This document shows, one piece after another, positions 36,196 through 49,517 of a DNA stretch of 64,000 nucleotides. Every line of letters starts with the position of its first letter. Position 1 is the stretch's first letter. The position numbers and the translations under genes are program-made. The notes under the pieces were generated by a model. It was not told where the DNA came from. It saw only the letters and a list, made by a program, of their open reading frames with translations, and searched no databases. Origin of the DNA: Mytilus edulis (taxonomy: Eukaryota). Location: contig NC_092346.1 in the NCBI RefSeq assembly GCF_963676685.1, forward strand, positions 26,226,001 to 26,290,000. Direction: 5' to 3'.

Positions 36196-36450
36196 GGGAC
36201 GACATCAAAAAATCAATGAAGGATAAAAAAAATTAATTCAAATAGTTTGGGGTTGTTTTTTATGTTTGTTTTTTTTTTGTTGGAAGGAGGGCAAACTTGC
36301 TGCAAGTTTTGTTTAATTGACATCGATTTTATATATATCCTTATTAGTCAATCAATGTTTCAAAAATTAAGTTAAGAGAGGGGGTAGGGGGTCATTGAAA
36401 AAACTATATGAATTAAGATTTTGATCCTACATACTTTTGATATCGTTCCT
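36196..36450. mobile_element. MITE with GGGACGACATCAAAA-type TIRs (PIF/Harbinger-like)
   Basis: AGGGACGACATCAAAA ... TTTTGATATCGTTCCT. A related copy lies at 15480-15662. Confidence 0.6.
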
Positions 36451-37049
36451 GAAAATAGATATAGTAAATTATCAGTCGCTCTAAACAATGCGAAATTAAT
36501 TAGTTCATTCGCTGCGCTTCCTCGCCGAAACTAACGTTTACATAGGGCTAGAATCTGATATTTGTGCAGAAACCAGAAAATGTATACAATCAATATTGCC
36601 TTTTCAATATCAGAAACGAATTGACCCTATATTTCTGAGAGTCTCTGTTTGCCATGTTTGTAATTCGTGAATTGAATGTTTTAGCATGAATTAGGCCTCT
36701 GTTCTCCTCCTTAGAATGTGATCCGTTTTATCATTCTGTGATGTTTCAAATACAAGTATAACTTACTATATTGCATGGAAATGTTCGTTGTTGAAGACCA
36801 AATGTCAACCTTTTAATATTAAGATAATCTGTACAAAAAGGTTTGGCAGTTTGGGGTTTTCCTGCATGCCGCTTGCAATATTAAAATGCAGAGTGTTTGC
36901 CTGCTATCCTCCCTGAATATACCACTGTTGAATATCATTTTGATGTTTATAGAAGAAAGTTTACAAAACAGAAACGGTAACAAGAATGCACAAAAATTTG
37001 AGTTGACTTAAATTTGTAAAGCACAATGACGAAAAGAAAACCCAACGCA

Positions 37050-37320
37050 CAACAGAACACAGACCAATGTACAAAATTCTACACAACACTAAACAGCCCA
37101 AATTACAACAGTCCACACAACACTGACTATAAAGATCAACGTACAACAGTCCACACAAAACTACACAGATAAACTTACAAAAGTCGACACAACACTAAAC
37201 AGCCCAACTTACAAAAGTCCACACAACACTACAAAGATCAACCTACAACGGTTCATACAAGACTACACAGATAAACTTACAAAAGTCCACACAACACTAA
37301 ACAGATTAAATTACAACATA
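37050..37320. repeat. 34-bp CA-rich minisatellite, short array
   Basis: About 8 degenerate units of the type ACAGTCCACACAACACTACACAGATCAACTTAC(A/C). Confidence 0.85.
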
Positions 37321-38016
37321 GATATAGGAAGATGCAGTATGAGCGCCAATGAGACAAGTAAACCAGTATTTGTCAAGGTACGGCCTTTAACACGGAGCCA
37401 CACTATATATATGTGAAAGAACAAGCAGTACTGCAAGCCGAGCTAGCAAAATGACATCCCACCCCTAGCATAAGCCATCACTGGCTACAGAGAAAAACAA
37501 AGATTCTTATGATATGATTGAAATTGCGAGAAAGTTAGATATCATAAATTGCAATAAGGGGTTTAATTTAGGTGCCAGCTGAGGACCGCCTCCGACCCAT
37601 CGGTGGCATTCAGCTGATGTCTGCTTTTTGGTCGGGTTGTTGTCTCTCTGGCATATTCCCCATTTCCATTCTTCATTTTATTAAGAAGATGGATAAAAAT
37701 AGTGGTAAACTAAAAATAAAGCAAAAGTGTGGGCCATACCTTACTAGGGGAACCCAAAGAAAAATATCCTATCCCCGCCCCACATACACACAAAACAATG
37801 AGAAAGTGTACAATAGCATTACACAGATGAGAATCTGCAAAAAAATAATGTAAATGTGATAAGGGGATAACAAATGTTTACTACAGTGTGTAAACATAAC
37901 TTCTTCCAAAAGTAAAACCCAAAATATAGTCAAATGATAAAAATAAAATAATAGGCGCAGAAGTTAATATTTTCAGTAATATCTCGTCAAAGTCTCATAA
38001 ATTTTCGTTCATCAGT

Positions 38017-38248
38017 TAAAGCAGCACGACGGGTGCCACATGTGGAGTAGGATCTGCTTACCCTTCCGGAGCACCTTAGATCACCCCTAGTTTTTGTGGG
38101 GTTCGTGTTGTTTGTTCTTTAGTTTTCTATGTTGTGTCATGTGTTCTATTGTTTTTCTGTTTGTCTTTTTCATTTTTAGCCATGGCGTTGTCAGTTTAGT
38201 TGGGATTTATGAGTTTGACTGTCCCTTTGGTATCTTTCGTCCCTCTTT
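38017..38248 (-). mobile_element. Interspersed repeat inserted only in duplication copy A
   Basis: It is absent at the equivalent site of copy B (CATCAGCTAAAGCGCGG near 44490) and is bounded by TAAAGC on both sides. Confidence 0.75.
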
Positions 38249-39252
38249 TAAAGCGCGGAAGCGGATAAAAAATCGCATCAAAACTACGAACGGACGAACT
38301 TCTCTGTCACTGTATAAGGCGGAATATGACTAAAACACAATGTACGAAATTGATGATGACTTGGGACATTTACCACAGCATGGAAGGAATCCGAAAAAAA
38401 ATGTTGCGCTTCCATTCACATCGACGTCATAAACAAACATCTCCGCTGACAACGTTATTGTCGAAGTATCGGCAATAGATTACACAAGGATAAGTTTTCA
38501 GAGTTTTAAATATTAATCCCTCGCAGCCTTTCAGAAGATAGTGGAAATCAAAAGAGAAGTGTGGTGAGTTTTTTAACCAAGTAATTATGTTTTCCATTTC
38601 AAAAAGCTAATCAGACAAAAAATGAAAATCATCTTTAAGGGAAATTTTATTTAAGGCCTTCATCGCCTACCAGTTAACGTAAGTCTTCTTTTCCATTGTC
38701 TTGAACTGAGTTCGTTACGTTAATGAGAAGGTCGTTGTTCTATCTCCTAATAAAGTATTAAGACATATTAGTGTATGTTAAATTTGCTGATTATCCTCTA
38801 TACTTCCATAGATTTTGCGATAAATTCAGTTTGCCTAGACATCTAATTCTAAAAGTACCTTTTACCTTAAAATTGGAGCTCTATGATACAGTAATCTGAG
38901 ATAAAATGCATGCAGGGTCAATATTAACTTCTCTTAGCTGGGTAGAATTCGACAAATTAGATATGTTAAATTTCGTTTATTCTAGAATCATTTGCAGGGT
39001 TTTAAGCCATTTGAAAGTTGAAATTAAGCAAACTTAGAGTAAATGCATTGGTGAAATGAATGTTTAAGAGCTATCTTAGATTTTTCTTTTCATTCATACA
39101 ATATAATAAGTAGTCATCAAGAACAATCAAATATAATATATAGTTGCCCAATCAGACTGAAGTTTTGAAAGGGGATATAGGGGAGGGGTAACAACGAATT
39201 TCACAATGCATTTTAAATTTTCTCTATTATCTCATCAATCAACAGGATAAGT

Positions 39253-42200
39253 ATGGAGTCCCAAGAAGAAAAGGTACATCAGACAGCAGCTGTCTTGTGT
39301 GAAGCGATCGTCAGTGTTGCATCATTCCATTTCACCCTTGAACAATGGGAAGTAGTGGAAGTTGACATTAGAGCTGCTGAAGGCAGGGAATCTGAATTGT
39401 TAAAGGAATTAGGTATGTTCGTCAAATAGTCTTCCTCCTCTGTCTTCGCGGACACTTCTGTATTATAAATCAAAATAAAGATCGTCGCTAATGATCCTTT
39501 TGTACATTTATTGACCACTACTAGTATTTTCTAAACCTTAATAAATGGAAACCGTATAGTTTTGTATAATATATCATTAAAGATGCTATTTTGGTAAATA
39601 ACTAAATTGTCTGTAGATAATTTATATACTAGTATCTATTGATTCAAAACTGAGTAAACTATGATGTTCATTGTATAATAATTGGTCATTTCTCAGATAA
39701 AATAAAATATCATTCTGGTTCTCTGTTCTAAGCCTTACAATATGTCAAGGGCAACATCGTCTCGCGTCTATACAAGTGGTATCTTAAATTTATCAGATAC
39801 TTTTGTTCATTGTTAGTTTGTTGTCTCATCATGTACAATATACCCGTTATCTCCCCAATGTTGAAGATCATTGTGATATATAAAATTGAGAATAGAAATG
39901 GGAAATGGGGAATGTGTCAAAGAGACAGCAACCCTACCAAAGAGCAGGTAATAGCCGAAGTCCACCAATGGGTTCCTTCAATGCTATCACACAGGGTCTG
40001 TTTCTCAATTTAGACAAATTAAAAGATCAGAACACAACTGCAGAAGAAAATATAGAAACAGAAGACAATGAATTGACAGTTCCAGACGACACTCAATGTG
40101 TAGATGATATATTGAAAGACTTAGGGGAGACACTAGACGAAGTAGAACAGCAGAAGACATTAATGATAGCAGCAGGTAATGACGTCACTGCTTCTTGAAT
40201 TCACCTTTCTTATTGAACATTTTATTTGGTTTAGTTTGAATATATTTTATTTCCTACATCTTAGACACAAGTACGTAATACTTACTAACTCTTCTCCATA
40301 ATTGAGTCGTATTCCTTGAGTTCTGTTTGTTTTTTGCTTTTAGTTAAATTAATAAGTCCTTTCAGCTATACCTATAAGTTCCTTGTTTCATGTTATTTAC
40401 TATGAGTTGAATAGTAGTACAGAGTTTGGTCGTTCATTAAACATCAGTAAATAACATAAACTGTGAAAGTCGATTAATTTGAAGTAATTGGATATTAAAA
40501 GAATTATTTGATGTTTCATCTTTATTTTTCAGTTTACTAAGTTTATTTATTTTTGTCATTTTATAGAACCAACAGAGAAAACGACGAAAGATGCCAGATA
40601 TGTTTTTAAGGTAAATAGTAATAGGAAAGATGCTGACGACAGCAATAATCTAACATGATATACGGCTGTGAAATATTAATGGGTTCGTGGACCGATATCT
40701 TTTTTATTGCTTTTCTTTGTCCTGAATATGTACGAACTATTTGCCACTGAACGTGGATGGGACTTTTTGCTGTACAATTTAAGATGGTTGATTGGTGGAT
40801 TGATTGATTGCTAGATTTTTTTGATAATGTCCTGCAGAAAAATACTAAGCAATAAAATATAGACTTTTTATATAAAGTGCAAATACAACATGCCTCTTAC
40901 AAATATTACTAATGGAACCGGTTTGTTCGTTCTTCTTTGACTACTTTTTTGTGTTTATTGGTTCGTAGTAGCGGGGCGATGTTGGTTGCTGTAGTCTGTT
41001 GTACTGTACAATAGTTCGGAAATTCCTGGGTTTTTTTTAATGTTTTATGAGATATGATATTATTGATAATTTCCTCGAATGATTATGAAAAAATTATGAC
41101 ATCAAAGACTACATACACGATGGGTTATTGTTTTTTATAGGATACAGTCCAGAATTTTGATTTAAATGGAGCTATTAGCAAGCAAAGGAAAAGGGAAATA
41201 AAGAGGGAAAAACGCAAAGCAAAGAAAGAGGAGAAAATAAAAATGAAAATAGCCAAAGAAGAAGAAAAAGTCGTGCAGTTGTATTTCAAAGCAGTTGACA
41301 ACATTATGTCAAGGTACAGCAAGGAAGTTAGAGTACAACACAAGAAGGAAGAAAAGAGGAGGAAGCAAATGGAAAAGGTGGAGAAAAAAGCCTTAAAGAT
41401 GTTGGAGAAAGGTACATATTCATTTTATTAAAACGTACACTTGTAGGGGTTTTCTACTTAATATTGTCTTATTCTTAATTTAACCAACACATGCCAATGA
41501 TGAATAAAATATCGTACAAACTCAAAATTTATGAATTAAATAATATATAAATTATTTCCTTTAAAAGTTTCTTAAACAATGGTTAGATTTACAATTGGAA
41601 CACTGAACATCAAAGCTTCTTATGAACTGAATATGTGTTGTAATTCTTTATTATTAAAACCCACTAAATATAATTAATGTTAAAAAAAGAACAACAAAAA
41701 CTCATTTAATTCAATAATAAAAACCAGTTGCTAATTCAAAACTTTGCTTCTCGGACGCTGACGCTTTTCGTGCCGTGAAAATGTTTGTTTAAAACATTCT
41801 TTAAATTACAGCAAATTAAACATAAAAAGTAAAACATGGTCAAATTGTTGATACTGAAACAAAATATGTTGCATGCAATAAAAAAATCATTTTTGCACGT
41901 GTGTCTTAATTGTATTTTAATGTCTCGTTCAACGTAAGAACACTAGTGTTGTTTTATTTCTTTAATTTTAAAACTTTATAAACTCATTTGAGTGTAACAC
42001 TTACCTTTACAGAAATAAAGAAAAGAGAGAAAGAATGTGTCAATAATGAAAAGAAGAAACCGGCTCAATCTTTAGATTTGAATAAAAAGCACAACGATAC
42101 AAAGAAAAGCATAGCAAAGAAAGTTACAGGGAATAATAAGGACTATGAGAAGAAAGAGGCTCACACTGTTGATGATGTAGAGACTAAAGAAATTGCCATG

Positions 42201-42389
42201 AAGAATAGAAAGGAAAAAAAAAGAGAAGAAAAGGTCATAGATCAAAAGGAGAAAGATTCTCAAACTATGGATATTAAGGAGAAAAACATTGTTAGAATAG
42301 ATACAACCATTGATGGAAAGAAGAACACATTTTCAGCAAACATTCGTGCATTTTTCCAGATCTTTTCTTGTAACAAAGCTGTAGTTTGA
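39253..42389 (+). CDS. Uncharacterised Lys/Glu-rich protein, tandem copy A, 5 coding exons, 337 aa
   Basis: join(39253-39412, 40014-40175, 40567-40610, 41141-41411, 42013-42389). All introns are GT-AG with consistent phases and no stops. The protein runs MESQEEKVHQTAAVLCEAIV...IRAFFQIFSCNKAVV. A probable 5'UTR exon ends GTG|GTGAGT at 38563. Confidence 0.85.
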
Positions 42390-43119
42390 TAAATCGTTTT
42401 TGTATAAAATTAAATTTTCTATATTTTTCACTGTTTTTGTAATTATTTTTCTGAACTTGATCAGTCAAAATAGTATAAGCTGTATTTAGGGATTACACAA
42501 ACGGACCTGCCTCTCGTAAGATGTAATTCGCCGGGAACTAAAAAGATAAGTTCGATCACTGATTCAGGGCTTTATTGAATACAAATGAATAAAAAAAGTC
42601 CAAACAAAACAAAGGCACATAAAAAGTACTATCCTATTGTACTTTCTATGGTCCAAGAGCTGTAATTTTGTGAAAGTAGTTACTCAAAAACACGAAATCG
42701 GCTGGTACCTAACCATCTTACACATTCTAAAAATCATAGAAATAAGAAGATGCGGTATGTTTAAGCTTGCTAACAAGACATCTAGTCACAGTGACGTAAA
42801 TGTATGCAATAATAGGGCACAGTATGGCCTTCAACTATGATACAAAACCCAGTAGGCTAGTAGCTCCTACAAGACATATCCAATCTCGAAAACCATAGAG
42901 TGACAGACACCGTACTTATATGGCAGACAACAACCAAAGACTACCACACACTATGAACAACGAAGGTCAAAATTAAACAAACAGGTTTAAACAAAGTTAC
43001 CAAAGATACCACTGTAAAATATTTAACAATTTTTCGAAAATCATCACTTTTGAAAAAAACTGTTTCATATCCTTCACAGGTAAATGAAAAAAAAAAATTG
43101 TCGATCCACACAATACTAA

Positions 43120-43970
43120 AAAGATCAACAGTCCGCACAACACTACACGGATTAACTTACCACAGTCCACACCACAACACTACACTGTTCAACTTACAAC
43201 AGTCCACACAATACTAAACAGATCAACTTACAACAGTCCACACAACACTACACGGATTAACTTACCACAGTCCACACAACACTACACGGATTAACTTACC
43301 ACAGTCAACTAAACAATACACAAGAACAACTTACAACAGTCCACACAAAACTACACAGATCAGCTTACAACAGTCCACACAATACTAAAAAGACCAACTT
43401 AACATAGTCAACACAACACTACACAGATCAACTTACTAGTCAACTAAACCATCAGGGGACCAACTTACAACAGTCCACACAATACTAAACAGACCAATGC
43501 AACATAGTCCACACAACACTACACAAATCAACTTACCACAGTCCACACAACACTACACAGATCAACGTACCACAGTCCATACAACACTTCACAGATAAAC
43601 TTACCAAAGTCGACGCAACACTACACATATCAACTTTCCACAGAACACTCAAAACTACACATATCAGCTTACCACAGTCCACACAATACTGCAAATATCA
43701 ACTTACCACAGTTCACACAATACTAAACAGACCAACTTAAAACAGTCCATACAACACTACACATATCAACTTACCACAGTCCACACAACACTACACGGAT
43801 CAATTTACCACAGTCCATGCAACACTACACGGATCAATTTACCACAGTCCACATATCACTACACAAACCAACTTACCACAGTCCAAACAACACTACACAA
43901 ATCAACTTACCACAGTCCACACAACACTACACAGATCAATTAACCACAGTCCACGCAACACTACACAGAA
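43120..43970. repeat. 34-bp CA-rich minisatellite, long array (about 25 units)
   Basis: Unit ACAGTCCACACAACACTACACAGATCAACTTACC, the same family as 37050-37320. Confidence 0.95.
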
Positions 43971-45541
43971 TATGGAAAATATAACCAAAACTTCAGCTGA
44001 TATCTGCTGTTTGGTCGGGTCTCTCTGACATATTCCCCATTTCCATTCTTAATTTTATTAAGAAGATTTATGGATAAAAATAGTGGTAAACTAAAAATAA
44101 AGCAAAAGTGTGGTCCGTACCTTACTAGGGGAACCCAAAGAAAAATATCCTATCCCCCGCCCCACATACACACAAAACAATGAGAAAGTGCACAATAGCA
44201 TTACACAGTTGAGAATCTGCAAAAAAATAATGTAAATGTGATAAGGGGATAGAAGTTAATATTTTCAGTAAAATCTCGTTAAATATATAAAAAAAAAAAA
44301 AAAAAGAAGATGTGGTATTATTGCCAATGAGACAACTATCCACAAAAGACCAAAATGATACAAATATTAACAACTATAGGTAACCATACGACCTTCAAAA
44401 ATGAGCAAAGCCCATACCGCATAGTCAGCTATAAAAGGCCCCGATAAGACAATGTAAAACAATTCAAAGTCTTATAAATTTTCATTCATCAGCTAAAGCG
44501 CGGAAGCGGATAAAAAAATCGCATCAAAACTACGAACGGACGAACACACATACGTACGGACGAACTCAGAGTCCTCCGTCACTGTATAAGGCGGGATGTG
44601 ATTAAAATACAATGTACGAAATTGATGATGGCATTTACCACAGCATGGAAAGAACCCGAGAAAATGTTGCGCTTGCGCTAATTCCATTCACATCGACGTC
44701 ATAAACAAGCATCTCCGCTGACAACGTTATTGTCGAAGTATCGGCAATAGATTGCACAAGGATAAGTTTTTAGAGTTTTAAATATTAATCCCGTGCAGCT
44801 TTTCAGAAGATAGTGGAAAACAAAAGAGAATTGTGGTGAGTTTTTTTTAATGTACTTTATAAGCAAGTAACTCTGTTTTCCATTTCAAAAAGCTAATGAG
44901 ACAAAAAAGGAAAATCATCTTTAAGGGAAATTTTATTTAAGCCCTTCATCACCAACTAGTTAAAGTCTTCTTTTCCATTGTCTTGAACTGAGTTCGTTAC
45001 GTTAATGAGAAGGTCGTTGTTCTTTCTCCTAATCAAGTATTAAGACATATCAATATATGTTAAATTTGCTGATCATCCTCTATACTTCCATAGATTTCGT
45101 GATTAATTTAGTTTGCCTAGACAGCTAATTCTAAAAGTACTTTTGACAATAAAATTGGAGCTCTATGATACAGTAATCTGAGATAAAATGCATGCAGGGT
45201 CAATATTAACTTCTCTTTATCTTAGCTGGGTAGAATTCGGCAAATTAGATATGTTAAATTTCGTTTATTCTCGAATCATTTTCAGGGTTTGAAGCCATTT
45301 GAAAAGTTGAAATTAAGCAAACTTAGAGTAAATGCATTGGTGAAATGAATGTTTAAGAGCAAGCTTAGATTTTTCTTTTCATTCATACAATATAATAAGT
45401 AGTCATCAAGAACAATCAAATATAATATATAGTTGCCCAATCAGACTGAAGTTTTGAAAGGGGATATAGGGGAGGTGTAACAACGAATTTCACAATGCAT
45501 TTTAAATTTTCTCTATTATCTCAACAATCAACAGGATAAGT

Positions 45542-48500
45542 ATGGAGTTCCAAGAAGAAAAGGTACACCAGACAGCAGCTGTCTTGTGTGAAGCGATCGT
45601 CAGTGTTGCATCATTCGATTTCACTCTTGAACAATGGGAAGTAGTGGAGGTTGACATTAGAGCTGCTGAAGGCAGGGAATCTGCATTGTTAAAGGAATTA
45701 GGTATGTTCGTCAAATAGTCTTCCTCCTCTGTCTTCGCGGACACTTCTGAATTATAAATCAAAATAAAGATCGTCTTTTATGATCCTTTTGTACATTTAT
45801 TGACTACTACTAGTATTTTCTTAACCTATGGACAAATTATAACCTTATGTTTTGTATAATATACTGGGTTTGCTATTTGGGTATAAATTGTCTGTACATG
45901 ATCTATGTCTATTGATTAAAAAAATGAGTAAACTATGATGTTCATTGTATAATAATTGGTCATTTCTCAGATAAAATAAAATATCATTCTGGTTCTCTGT
46001 TCTAAGCCTTCAGTGACAATATGTCAAGGGCAACATCGTCTCGCGTCTATACAAGTGGTATCTTAAATTTATCAGATACTTTTGTTCATTGTTAGTTTGT
46101 TGTCTCGTCATGCACACTATACCTGTTATCTCCCCAATGTTGAAGATCATTGTGATATATAAAATTGAGAATAGAAATGGGGAATGTTTCAAAGAGACAG
46201 CAACCCTACCAAAGAGCAGGTAATAGCCGAAGTCCACCAATGGGTTCCTTCAATGCTATCACACAGGGTCTGTTTCTCAATTTAGACAAATTAAAAGATC
46301 AGACCACAACTGCAGAAGAAAATACAGAAACAGAAGACAATGAATTGACAGTTCCAGACGACACTCAATGTGTAGATGATATATTGAAAGACTTAGGGGA
46401 GACACTAGACAAAGTAGAACAGGAGAAGGCATCAATGACAGCAGCAGGTAATGACGACACTTCTTTATTCTTGAATTGAACTTTGATAATTGAACATTTT
46501 ATATGGTTTAGTTTAAATATATTTTATTTCCTACATCTTAGACAAAAGTATGTAATACTTATTAAATCTTCTCTATAATTGAGTCGTATTCCTTGAGTTC
46601 TGTTTGGTTTTTGCTTTTAGTTAAAATGATAAGTCCTTTCAGCTATATCTATAAGTTCCTTGTTTCGTGTTATTTACTATGAGTTGAATAGTAGAACAGA
46701 GTTTGGTCGTTCATTAAACATCATGAAATAACATAAACTGTGAAAGTCGATTAATTTGAAGTCATTGGATATTATAAGAATCATTTGATGTTTCATCTTT
46801 ATTTTTCAGTTTACTAAGTTTATTTATTTTTGTCATTTTATAGAACCAACAGAGAAAACGACGAAAGATGCCAGATATGTTTTTAAGGTAAATAGTAATA
46901 GGAAAGATGCTGACGACAGCAATAATCTTACATGATATACGGCTGTGAAATATTAATGGGTCAGTGGACCGATATCTTTTTTATTGTTTTTCTTTGTCCT
47001 GAATATGTACAAACTATTTGCCACTGAACGTGAAAGGGACTTTTTGCAGTAAAATTTAAGATCGGGTTGATTGGTTGATTGATTGATTGCTAGATTTTTT
47101 TGATTATGTCCTGCAGAAAATAACTAAGCAATAAAATATAGACTTCTTATATAAAGTTCAAATAAAACATGCCTCTAACAAATATTACTAATGGAACCGG
47201 TTTGTTCGTTCTTCTTTGACTACTTTTTCGTGTTAATTGGTTCGTAGTAGCGAGGCGATGTTGGTTGCTGTAGTCTGTTGTACTGTACAATAGTGCGGAA
47301 ATTCCTGGGATTTTTAAATGTTTTATGATATTATTGATAATTTCCCCGAATGATTATGGAAAAGGATGACATCTAGGACTACATAAACGATGGGTAATTT
47401 TTTTTTAAGGATACAGTCCAGAATTTTGATTTAAATGGAGTTATTTTCAAGCAAAGGGAAAGGGAAATAAAAAGGGAAAAAAGCAAAGCAAAGAAAGAGG
47501 AGAAAATAAAAATGAAAATAGCCAAAGAAGAAGAAAAAGTCGTGCAGTTGTATTTCAAAGCAGTTGACAACATTATGTCAAGGTACAGCAAGGAAGTTAG
47601 AGTACAACACAAGAAGGAAGAAAAGAGGAGGAAGCAAATGGAAAAGGTGGAGAAAAAAGCCTTAAAGATGTTGGAGAAAGGTACATATTCATTTTATTAA
47701 AACGTACACTTGTAGGGGTTTTCTACTTAATATTGTCTTATTCTTAATTTAACCAACACATGCCAATGATGAATAAAATATCGTACAAACTCAAAATTTA
47801 TGAATTTAATAATATATAAATTCATTTCCTTTAAAAGTTTCTTAAACAATGGTTAGATTTACAATTGGAACACTGAACATCAAAGCTTCTTATGAACTGA
47901 ATATGTGTTGTAATTCTTTTTAATTAATACCCACTAAACATAATTAATGTTAAAAAAAGAACAACAAAAACTCATTTAATTCTTTTTAATTAATACCCAC
48001 TAAACATAATTAATGTTAAAAAAAGAACAACAAAAACTCATTTAATTCAATAATAAAAACCAGTCGCTAATTCAAAACTTTGCTTCTCGGACGCTGACGC
48101 TTTTCATGCCGTGAAAATGTTTGTTTAAAACATTCTTTAAATTACAGCAAATTTAACATAAAAAGTAAAACATGGTCAAATAGTTGATACTGAAACAAAG
48201 TATGTTGCATGCAATAAAAAACACATTTTTGCACGTGTGTCTTTTTTGTATTTTAGTGTCTCGTTGAACGTAAGAACACTTGCTTTATTTTTATATTTTA
48301 TTTTTAAAACTTCATAAACTTATTTGAGTGTAACACTTACCTTTACAGAAATAAATAAAAGAGATAAAGAATGTGTAAAGAATGAAAAGAAGAAACCGGA
48401 CCAATCTTTAGATGGAAAGAAAAAACAAAACGATATAAAGAAAAGCAAAGCAAAGAAAGTTACAGGGAATAATAAGGACTATGAGAAGAAAGAGGCTCAC

Positions 48501-48752
48501 ACTGTTGATGATGTAGAGACTAAAGAAATTGCTATGAAGAATAGAAAAGCAAAAAAAGGAGACGAAAAGGTCATAGATCAAAAGGAGAAAGATTCTCAAA
48601 CTATGGATATTAAGGAGGAAAACATTGTTAGAATAGATAACACCATTGATGGAAAGAAGAAAACATTTTCAGCAAACATTCGTGAATTTTTCCGATTTTT
48701 TTCTTGTACACACAAACGACAGGAAATGGACAAAGCAGCAGCTGTAGTTTGA
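45542..48752 (+). CDS. Uncharacterised Lys/Glu-rich protein, tandem copy B, 5 coding exons, 346 aa
   Basis: join(45542-45701, 46286-46447, 46844-46887, 47410-47680, 48349-48752). Exon sizes and phases match copy A except for a 9-codon longer C-terminus. A probable 5'UTR exon ends at 44835. Confidence 0.85.
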
Positions 48753-49517
48753 TAAATCGTTTTTGTATAACATTAAATTTTCTATATTTTTCACTGTTTT
48801 GTGTTTTATTTTCTGAATGATCAGTCAAAATAGTATAAGCTGAATATATGAAGGGTTGACAGAAACGGACCTGCCTCTCGTAAGATGTAATTCGCCCCGC
48901 GGAACTAAAAAGATAAGTTCGATCACTGAGTTAGGACTTTATTGAATACAAATGCATTAGAAAAAGTCAAAATAAAACAAGGGCACATAACAAGTAGTTT
49001 ACTTATTGTATTTTCTATGGTCCAAGAGCTGTAATTTTGTGAAAGTAGTTACTCCAAAAAACAAAATCGACTGGTACCTAACCATCTTACACATACCAAA
49101 AAATCATAGAAATAAGAAGATGCGGTATGTAAAAGCTTGCTTGACAAGACATCTAGTCACAGGGACGTAAATGTATTCAATAATAGGACACAGTATGGCC
49201 TTCAACTATGATACAAAACCCAAACTGTATAGTAGGCTAGTATAGCTCCTACAAGACATATCCAATCTCGAAAACCATAGAGTGACAGACAACAACCAAA
49301 GACCACCACCTAATTATATGCTCCTCAGACACTCAAATAATGTGTCAGGGTTCAACATTGTTTGCTAGTTCTCGAAACACTCTTGAGTGTTATTAACACG
49401 CATGGAATAGAGTTGCAACAACACACCACTAGACTAACCAATGAATTCAGTAAAGCCCGTTAATTTTGTCTTCTTCCTAGGCGTTTCTAAATATGCTACT
49501 TGCCGGTATTATGCATA

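Noticed and set aside
39279-39518. Minus-strand ORFs conserved in both duplicated units (also 45502-45762, 41125-41343, 47379-47612)
   Set aside because: They are antisense to the plus-strand exons, and their similarity simply reflects the recent duplication.
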